DNA from: Promethearchaeati archaeon SRVP18_Atabeyarchaeia-1
GTDB taxonomy: Archaea > Asgardarchaeota > Atabeyarchaeia > Atabeyarchaeales > Atabeyarchaeaceae
Direction: 5' to 3'
NCBI GenBank assembly: GCA_037308085.1
Contig: CP147779.1
Location: 736,001-800,000 of the forward strand
Length of the DNA: 64,000 nt
Shown: in pieces, positions 56,777 through 64,000 of the stretch
Layout: every line of letters begins with the position of its first letter
Numbering within the stretch: the first letter of the stretch is position 1
Made by a program: the position numbers and the translations under genes
Notes under the pieces: model-generated
Told to the model about the DNA's origin: nothing
The model's database searches: none
The model's input: the letters and a program-made list of their open reading frames with translations, nothing else

Positions 56777-56982
56777 GGGGCTGTAGCCTAGCCTGGGTGG
56801 GCATCGGGCTCCAGTTATGTTGTATCCATTGAACGCGACCGTAATCGGGATGACGAGTTACTGGAGCGGCCCATACGGGAGAAACCCGAAGAGTGAATTG
56901 CTCGATGCGGGTTCACGCGGAAGTCGGGAGTTCAAAACTCCACGAGATCATGTCTCCTGGTCTGAGAGTCTCCCCAGCCCCA
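56777..56982 (+). tRNA. tRNA-Trp(CCA) with three introns (37/38: 56815-56883; 45/46: 56892-56922; 59/60: 56937-56968)
   Basis: Acceptor GGGGCTG/CAGCCCC-A, anticodon stem TCGGG/CCCGA, T arm GGGAG-TTCAAAT-CTCCC after splicing; each intron has a BHB or BHL-like motif. Confidence 0.85.
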
Positions 56983-57449
56983 CCTATTCCGCCGTTTTTC
57001 CGAAGTCAATGCGGATGAACGCATTGTGTGGCTCCTTTTGCAGAGTGGTAGGGGTGATATACTCGCGGTTTTACACAAGCTTTCCCTGCCATATCATTCT
57101 TCCACATTTCCTCTCGCCAAAATTGTTGACACGGAGTAGGTGGGTCAATCAGTTGTGAAAGGAATCAAAATACAGGATAATACTGCCAACTTTGGGAAAC
57201 GGTATGTGAATAACACATGGAAACGTCCTTGACCCAGCACACTCTTGAGCTCTAAATAGGATCGACCATTGACGCTACTGGTGAAAGGGAAGTAAAGACT
57301 TGCCTATCAGCATGTGGGGGAACTTCCACATCTTGGGTGCGGTAACTAGCCATTGTGAAGATGCTACTAGCAGTGACGAAGGGAATGGTGGCGCTGCTTT
57401 CAGAACCATCAACTCGACCAGGATCTTTCCCAGTGGCAAGCTCCAACTG

Positions 57450-58786
57450 ATGCCGAACACCTACGTTTTCGTTCTTTGCAGGTGCCGCAGACCTCTGATG
57501 CCAACAACTGCACCCAAAGCCAGGATTCTACTGAAACAGAACAGAGCAAAGGTTTTCCGTCTATATCCCTTCACGATACAGCTTAACTATGAGACCCATC
57601 ACCAGGCGCAACCTATGGAGATACGGATCGACTATGGTGCCAAGACGCATGGCATCGCTCTAGTACAGCAGTGCAAAACACAAGAGCGAGCAGTCTTTCT
57701 CGGTGAGGCGCAGCAACGAAAAGATGTCAAGAAGAAAATGGACATAAGGAGGGAAATGCGCAGACTGAGAAGATACAGGAACACTCGTTACAGAAAACCA
57801 CGGTTCAGCAACCGTAGACGACCAGAAGGCTGGGTGCCGCCAACTATAGCCCAAAGAGTCGAGTCAATCACAAGAATCGCGCGAACTCTAGAGAAGCTAA
57901 CTTCAATTACCAGCGTAGTAACTGAAATCGGCATGTTTGATGCACAGAAGATGAACGACCCAGAGATAGAGGGTATCGAATACCAGCAAGGTCCTGGTCA
58001 TGGCTCGAAAACAAGAAACAAGCGACCCTAGCGTACTTCAACTACATATGTCAATACTGTGGAGCAGAAAGGGGCATAATGACAGTAGACCATGTTATGC
58101 CGACAAGTAAGGGGGGCACAGACACCTGGAACAACCTAACATGTGCGTGCTTGGCCTGCAACAAGAAGAAGAACGACCGTACCCCAGAAGAAGCAAATAT
58201 GTAATACCCCAAAACGGTAAAACCAAGAGAAGCGCATTTCCTGAAGTTTTGTGCACTAATGCAATCAGGAAAAACCAGACTTGTCAACGAACTGAAGAAA
58301 CTTGCACCTACACAAACGGTATACGGCTGGCAGACAAAACGGAACCGGGAGACAGCAAATCTGCCGAAGACTCACTACTTCGATGCACTCTGCACGAGAA
58401 ACATAAACCAAAAACCAATTAGATTGACAGGCAATGTTTACTGGATCAGACTCAGGAGACGCAACATAAGGCGAACACATCTCGTGAATCCCATGAAAGG
58501 AGGGAAGAGGCAGCCTTACAACCAAAATAAGGAACTTCAAGGATATAGGAAAGGCGACCTAGTTCGAACTCCACACGGACTAGCATACATAGTAGGAATT
58601 CTGACCTCAGGACAGCTTCAATATCAGACCATCTACGGACAAATACAGAAAAGAATCCCCAAGCAAGTCAAGCTAGTCGAGAGCACAAGAGGTGTCCGCT
58701 TCTTTCCAATGAAGAAAGAAGCCCGAGCCAAGTATCGTTTTGGAGACCAAGCGAGGCCTTCAGAAACTAGGGTCAGTGATGCTTAA
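57450..58786 (+). pseudogene. iscB: iscB pseudogene (PLMP, RuvC, HNH); frameshift near 58005 and in-frame TAA at 58202-58204
   Basis: PLMPT, IDYGAK, bridge helix, GWVPP, TEIG.FD, then in the shifted frame CQYCG...VDHV.P.SKGG.D...NL..AC..CN..K, THYFDA. Confidence 0.88.
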
Positions 58787-58988
58787 TGAGGCGTTAGGCA
58801 TATGAACTATGTCTGGGAGGTTAGCTCAAATACCACCACGGAATGCATGCTCTAGTTCCGTGCTCTGGGAGTCTGGGTGAAGGAAAGCTTCCGCCAAGCC
58901 CAGGGTGCTCTACTCTCAGCGGCAACGTGAGAGCAACATCATCTAGACACACAGCTTCTCCCGACTTACCCGAAGAGCGACCTAACCC
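58694..58988 (+). ncRNA. HEARO/omegaRNA scaffold overlapping and downstream of the iscB 3' end
   Basis: ACTAGGGT/ACCC, GTCTGGGAG/CTCCCGAC, CACGGAA..GCTCTAGTTCCGTG hairpin with loop complementary to AGAGC in CCCGAAGAGC; 5' boundary uncertain. Confidence 0.72.
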
Positions 58989-59330
58989 CGCTGATGTGCA
59001 CGACAGGATCAGTGGGAGATATTACCTCTGCAAGGTACTGAGATCTGCATAAGAAGACCATCTTCCCCCAGCGTCCATAGTAGGTCTGTCACGATTCCCA
59101 GAACGGCTACACAGATCACGTAACAGGTGACAGAAGGAGCATGGAACTGTATCCGAGAATGTAATGACACGGAGGATCGGTGTCATGTACGCCTATCTGT
59201 AAAACGACTATGGAGGGTGATAAGCGCTCTGGCAAAGAGGTGGGTAGACAGCTTGGAACAGTGGAAATCTCGCTCGCAGCATGACCAGAAAGCTAAATAC
59301 ATAAACCAGAGCTACTGATAAGAGGAATAA

Positions 59331-59427
59331 GGGCGGGTAGTCTAGATTGGTATGATACAGACGGTGAAGTCCGTCGTCAATGTGGCTCGGGACCACGTGG
59401 TCGTGGGTTCAAATCCCACCTCGCCCA
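59331..59427 (+). tRNA. tRNA-Pro(CGG) with a 23-nt intron at 27/28 (59359-59381)
   Basis: GGGCGGG/CTCGCCC-A acceptor; BHB with TGAT/GTCA helix and AC|A, AT|G bulges; spliced anticodon arm CGTGG-CTCGGGA-CCACG; GTTCAAATC T loop. Confidence 0.9.
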
Positions 59428-59655
59428 TCCCTTTCTTGTGAAATGTTCTTGTCGGATTGTTAAAAAATCGAGTGGCCGTACGTTCACCTTTTTTAGAACG
59501 TGCGCCAGCTTGAGCTAATGGCTGATCAAGGTTCTCCATGCCCAGCAGTTCACGTGAGTGCGAGCTTCTATTGCAGAGACACTCTTCGCCTTGTTGTCTG
59601 GTTTCTCTATATGGTTAAGACGAGGACTAGGTAGCCTATAGAGGGGGTATCGAAT

Positions 59656-60564
59656 TTGGCAATGCTAGACTTCGATTCTTATTCTGTCAAAGCTACTGGG
59701 AAGAGACTGCAGCTAATTGAGCAAGTAAGAATGATTCCAGATATACCCAAGCGAGCATGTTTGGAGGTCACGCTACTCACCATGAACTATCGGTTGTATT
59801 TCCTGTCTTTGTTTCTTGGAACAAGAGTTCAGTTATTTCAACCTGTCACTGAAGGTGAACGTCTAGTCATGGGGTTCCTAGTAGACAAGGACGTTGAAGC
59901 TTCAGAATTAACAGAGTTTGACAAAACATTTGACAAAATGCTTCATATGCCCAGAGATTCGCTAGAGGGGTATCTCAATAGTTGTTCTGCCTTTCATTCT
60001 GCACTTACGCTATCAGAGTCCAACTACACGGTGGCGTTCGTTCTGCTGGTTATTGCAGTCGAGAGCCTATCCAATAGGGAATACCCTAAGAGTCATGGCC
60101 ATCTCAAACGCGGATTCAAAAAGTTCGTCAGACATTATCTTCTGGCAGACAGAGCATTTCTTCCTTTTGACTTGAAGAGGGCGCTCAACGGCGAACAAGA
60201 GGATACGCTTCTTCGGAGATTATTAGAATCGGTCTATAGTGAAATAAGATCAGGTTTTGTTCATCATGGAAGAGGTGACCCTATCGGCTCAATACTAGCT
60301 GATAGGGCTGGACTTGCCTACATAAGAATTGGTGAAGATCCACAATTATCTGAAAAAGAACAGCATAAATTTCTGAACCCTGGTCTAGGCTGGTTCAAGA
60401 GAATAGTGAGAGAAGTTCTACTCGAATTTCTCAGCAGGAAAGCAGGTAAGGAACACACTGACCTCCAACTATTGCTACTAGATAGGCTGACGACAAAATT
60501 GAAGGCTGGAAAGTCTATTGAGAAAGGTCAATCGTTAACACCCGCAGACTTAGAGCTGCAATGA
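59656..60564 (+). CDS. HEPN-domain (Apea-HEPN-like) protein
   Basis: LVIAVESL helix and YSEIRSGFVHHG R-x4-H motif; AT-richer than its neighbours. Confidence 0.6.
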   Translation: MAMLDFDSYSVKATGKRLQLIEQVRMIPDIPKRACLEVTLLTMNYRLYFLSLFLGTRVQLFQPVTEGERLVMGFLVDKDVEASELTEFDKTFDKMLHMPRDSLEGYLNSCSAFHSALTLSESNYTVAFVLLVIAVESLSNREYPKSHGHLKRGFKKFVRHYLLADRAFLPFDLKRALNGEQEDTLLRRLLESVYSEIRSGFVHHGRGDPIGSILADRAGLAYIRIGEDPQLSEKEQHKFLNPGLGWFKRIVREVLLEFLSRKAGKEHTDLQLLLLDRLTTKLKAGKSIEKGQSLTPADLELQ

Positions 60565-60619
60565 CCCTTGCATTAGACATTGTTCGTCTGAAGTTTTGGT
60601 GAGCGGGAAAGAAAAATCT

Positions 60620-60676
60620 GCCGCGTATCATACCAGTCTAGGTGAGCGTTAAGCTTCCTATCTAGACTACCCGCCC
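60620..60676 (-). tRNA. Orphan 5' half of a tRNA-Pro-like gene with a 24-nt D-loop intron (60659-60636)
   Basis: After splicing it reads GGGCGGGTAGTCTAGATTGGTATGATACGCGGC, identical to the tRNA-Pro(CGG) 5' half except for CGCGG; no 3' half follows. Confidence 0.65.
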
Positions 60677-60881
60677 TATACTCATGGGTCTAATTGAGGC
60701 TGGCTTGGCTAATAGGTATTTTCTTTGCCTTTCTCGAATTGCTCCTCAAGGTGTTACTGTCTTAATCGGAAATATTATAAAAAAGAGAAAAGATCAACTA
60801 TTACTCCTAGAAGAAGGCCTAATTGTCAATAACCTGTGTCGGTTATTCCGCTTCTGTGGAGAGGAAGGAGTGACTTCGGAG

Positions 60882-61592
60882 ATGAGTTCTTCACTTGGCA
60901 AGGGGAGATTGGCTCGGAGGATCGCGGGTGAGATATCGCTTTCGGACGATCCCGGCAAGACGATGCGTAAATGGAGAGAGATGTTTCACGTGAACCAGGC
61001 CGAGTTGTCTAATCATCTGAAGATCTCTCCTTCCGTTATAAGCGACTATGAAAGTGGGCGCAGAAAATCCCCCGGGACAAGGGCTATAAAGAGGTTCGTT
61101 GAATCGTTGCTTTACATAGACGAGGGAAGCGGGGGTGGCGTTAGGAATGCGTTTGAACGTTTTCTTAGCGTTGAGGTTCCGACTGACATAATTCTGGATA
61201 TAAAGGAGTTCAATTCACCCGTTAAGGGAAAGAGGATCCGTGAGGTTCTTCAGGCGAATGTTGTAGCCCACGAAGAGCTCCTTGACAGAGATCTTCTTGG
61301 GTACGCCATAATCGACAGTCTCGGGGCCTTAAACGAGCTTTCCGGAGAAGCCTTCGCCAAGTTGTTTTCTTCGATGGATCAGAGGGCCCTGGCGTTCACT
61401 CAGATCAGTACCGGCAGGTCTCCTCTGGTCGCCGTAAAAGTGAGCGAGAATAAGCCCAGCTTGGTTATTCTGCATGGCCGTGGGGACGTCGAGTACCTCG
61501 CTGTGGAGCTGGCTGAGCGAGAGGGAATACCGCTTCTGGTTTCCAAGTTGGAGTCAGCTGACGAGCTGGTGAGAAGACTTCGCGAGCTTTGA
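60882..61592 (+). CDS. XRE-HTH transcriptional regulator (COG1709-like), paralog 2
   Basis: IAGEISLS.DPG.TMRKWRE.F, ISPSVISDYESGRRKSPG, STGRSPLVAVK; start at 60882 or GTG 60870. Confidence 0.88.
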   Translation: MSSSLGKGRLARRIAGEISLSDDPGKTMRKWREMFHVNQAELSNHLKISPSVISDYESGRRKSPGTRAIKRFVESLLYIDEGSGGGVRNAFERFLSVEVPTDIILDIKEFNSPVKGKRIREVLQANVVAHEELLDRDLLGYAIIDSLGALNELSGEAFAKLFSSMDQRALAFTQISTGRSPLVAVKVSENKPSLVILHGRGDVEYLAVELAEREGIPLLVSKLESADELVRRLREL

Positions 61593-61858
61593 GTGTGTGT
61601 GAGAGAGATACATCTAGGTTAAACTTACGACACAGAAATTTGGAAATAGTCGAATAACTAATACTGCTATAATGAAAAGGTTTAAGAATGCCGTAGCCTA
61701 CCTTAACTAAATCCATTGTTGCTTGAATGTTCATTTCTATCTGGGTTTGTTTGCAGCAGTTTCAGCTATCCTCAGTCGTAATTGACCAGAACTGCGCCAT
61801 TCCTCTTTGCGGTGCGGGCGCACATTCGGAAGTGCCTTGGAGGGATATTTCTGTGATA

Positions 61859-62923
61859 ATGAAGCCAGTGGACCCAGTCGGTATCGTGGGTTGGGGTGGA
61901 TACATACCCCGTTACAGGCTCGCGGTGGAGGAAATCGCCAGAGTCTGGGGCAAGGATCCAAAAAGGTACAGGCAGGGTTTGTACGTCGATGAGAAGGCAA
62001 TAGCGGGTCCGGACGAAGACTCAGCTACGGTGGCAATAGAGGCTGCAAGGAACTGTGTATTACGGAGCAAGATCAATGTAAAGGAGATTGGCGCTGTATT
62101 CGTCGGCTCCGAGTCGAAGCCCTACGCAGTCAAGCCTAGTGGGACCATCGTGGCCGAGGCGATCGGCGCCACGCCGCTAGTATTAGCAGCTGATTTCGAA
62201 TTCGCCTGCAAAGCTGGAACCGAGGCTATCCAGTGCGGGATGGGGTTGGTCGGTTCGGGCATGATCAAGTACTCGTTGGCCATCGGGTCAGATGTCTCTC
62301 AGGGAGCCCCAGGAGACGACTTGGAGTTTACTGCAGCGGCTGGAGGAGCGGCCTACATGCTAGGGAGAGCTGGCGATAGCACAGTGGCGGACATCGAGGC
62401 ATCGTGCTCATTTGTGACCGACACTCCCGATTTCTGGAGAAGACAAGGGCAACCTTACCCGAGGCACGGTGAATCCTTCACGGGCACCCCTGCCTACTTC
62501 AAGCATGTCACCTCAGCTGGTAAGACACTTATGGATGAGCTTGGCTACAAGGCGAATGATTTCACCTACGCCGTGTTCCATCAGCCGAACGGCAAGTTTC
62601 CTGTTAGAGCGGCAAACAGCCTTGGCTTTACAATGGATAAGATAAAGCCCGGGCTCTTAGTAACGAAGATCGGCAATACATATTCTGGCTCTTCTCCGTT
62701 GGGGCTCGCTGCAACTCTCGATATCGCCAAACCAGGGGACAAGATTCTGGTTGTATCATATGGATCAGGTGCTGGCAGTGACGCTTTCTCGTTCATCGTG
62801 AAGGACGGGATCAATGAGCGGAAGGGGTTGGCTCCAGCGATCAAGGATTACATAAATAGAAGAGTAAGCGTGGATTACTCGACCTACGTCAAATGGTATA
62901 GAATGATAGTAGCGCCAACATGA
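61859..62923 (+). CDS. Hydroxymethylglutaryl-CoA synthase (archaeal)
   Basis: [59 protein letters not shown]. Confidence 0.94.
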   Translation: MKPVDPVGIVGWGGYIPRYRLAVEEIARVWGKDPKRYRQGLYVDEKAIAGPDEDSATVAIEAARNCVLRSKINVKEIGAVFVGSESKPYAVKPSGTIVAEAIGATPLVLAADFEFACKAGTEAIQCGMGLVGSGMIKYSLAIGSDVSQGAPGDDLEFTAAAGGAAYMLGRAGDSTVADIEASCSFVTDTPDFWRRQGQPYPRHGESFTGTPAYFKHVTSAGKTLMDELGYKANDFTYAVFHQPNGKFPVRAANSLGFTMDKIKPGLLVTKIGNTYSGSSPLGLAATLDIAKPGDKILVVSYGSGAGSDAFSFIVKDGINERKGLAPAIKDYINRRVSVDYSTYVKWYRMIVAPT

Positions 62924-62943
62924 GAATGTAGAGGTGTTCAGAG

Positions 62944-64000
62944 TTGAGGAAGGTAGTCGTTACTGGGGTAGGGATGACTAAGGTTGACCAGCATTTTGAC
63001 AAAGGGCTTAAAGAGATGTTCAAGGAAGCTTCCTCCAAGGCTCTTGAAGATTCTGGGAACCCTGTGCTAGACCATGTCTACGTTGCGAACGCGTATGCTG
63101 ACATGATATCCGGGCAGGCCGACCTAGGGCCTCTTCTAATGGATTACTGTAGTGCGGGTTGTATTCCCGTCACGCAAATTGGTGGCGCATGCGGCAGTGG
63201 TGGCTCCGCTATCGTGGACGGATTCGAAGCGGTAGCTTCAGGTAACTGCGATACCGTCATGGTAGCCGGCGTCGAAAAAATGAGTGATGTTCCAACCAAA
63301 GAAGCCACCGCTATACAATCTATATGTGAAGACCAGGAATATGAGGCCAACTTCGGTCTGACTTTGGCTGGGATCAACGCCATGGCTGCGCGAAGCTACA
63401 TGCAACAATACTCCGCCACTCGGGAGCAGTTTTCTCTGTTCTCTGTTCTGATGCACAAGAATGCCGTGAAGAATCCCTACGCATGCCTCCCGTTTGAGGT
63501 CACTACTGAGAAGGTGGCTGAATCATTTCCTGTTGCCGACCCATTGACTTTTCTCGATTCTTCGCCCCTGTGTGATGGTGCAGCTGCTGTGATAATCGCG
63601 TCGGCAGACGCAGTGCCGGAAACCAGTGGGCCAAGAGTTGAAGTCGCGGCTGTCAGTCAGTCCATCGACTGTGTCAGGATTGCTGAAAGAGAGTCTCTTC
63701 TATCGATGAGATCAACGGTTGCCGCTGCGGCTAGGGCCTACGAGTTGGCGAAGGTCAAGGCGACGGACATTGATGTATGTGAAATCCACGATTCCTTCAC
63801 CATTACGGGCTTCATTGCACTGGAGGACCTCTCATTTGTGGAGAGAGGCAAAACGGGGATCGCTGTTGAGGAAGGAATACTCGCGAAGGATGGCAGAATC
63901 CCCACCAACCCAAGTGGCGGTCTGAAGGCTCGCGGACACCCAGGCGGAGCAACGGGTATCTATCAACTTGCGGAGATTACTCTCCAACTCAGGGGAGAAG
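62944..64000 (+). CDS. Acetyl-CoA acetyltransferase (archaeal thiolase), partial, runs off window end
   Basis: Not in the ORF track. TTG 62944; VTGVGMT, GACGSG, AGVEKM, SP.CDGAAA, EIHDSF, NPSGGLKARGHP.GATG; follows HMG-CoA synthase. Confidence 0.9.
   Translation, partial: MRKVVVTGVGMTKVDQHFDKGLKEMFKEASSKALEDSGNPVLDHVYVANAYADMISGQADLGPLLMDYCSAGCIPVTQIGGACGSGGSAIVDGFEAVASGNCDTVMVAGVEKMSDVPTKEATAIQSICEDQEYEANFGLTLAGINAMAARSYMQQYSATREQFSLFSVLMHKNAVKNPYACLPFEVTTEKVAESFPVADPLTFLDSSPLCDGAAAVIIASADAVPETSGPRVEVAAVSQSIDCVRIAERESLLSMRSTVAAAARAYELAKVKATDIDVCEIHDSFTITGFIALEDLSFVERGKTGIAVEEGILAKDGRIPTNPSGGLKARGHPGGATGIYQLAEITLQLRGE

Noticed and set aside
60677-60790. Possible permuted 3' half upstream of the orphan tRNA-Pro 5' half
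   Set aside because: No T-arm or acceptor 3' strand is present on the minus strand.

Overview
Archaeal chromosomal window. Tandem roadblock/LC7 genes, SMC-ScpAB, TFB, a TFE-beta/RPC34-like gene, Nop5/fibrillarin and the HMG-CoA synthase/thiolase pair suggest an Asgard or related TACK-type lineage (inference only). Most of it is housekeeping: transcription, ribosome biogenesis, condensin, pyrimidine, purine and molybdopterin synthesis, RFC, PheRS and isoprenoid/lipid metabolism. It also carries many IS200/IS605-derived pieces (tnpB, isrB, an iscB pseudogene and several RNA-only omega/reRNA-like elements). The main discovery is an unusually broad use of bulge-helix-bulge (BHB) splicing. (1) A circularly permuted 5S rRNA gene (56241-56418, minus strand) has its 3' half before its 5' half; BHB ligation would rebuild a normal ~119-nt 5S, and a nested 30-nt intron sits at the same junction. 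(2) A 49-nt hairpin insertion in the P-loop codons of the RIO2 kinase gene looks like an mRNA intron. (3) tRNA-Trp carries three introns, tRNA-Pro(CGG) has a 27/28 intron, and there is an orphan intron-bearing tRNA-Pro 5' half. Also notable: both IscB-family loci have their HEARO/omegaRNA downstream of the ORF, a C/D-box sRNA matches the 23S A-loop U2552 site, and a synonymous-diverged pyrG 5' fragment lies upstream of pyrG. All calls were made by eye from the sequence; no database searches or folding programs were run.
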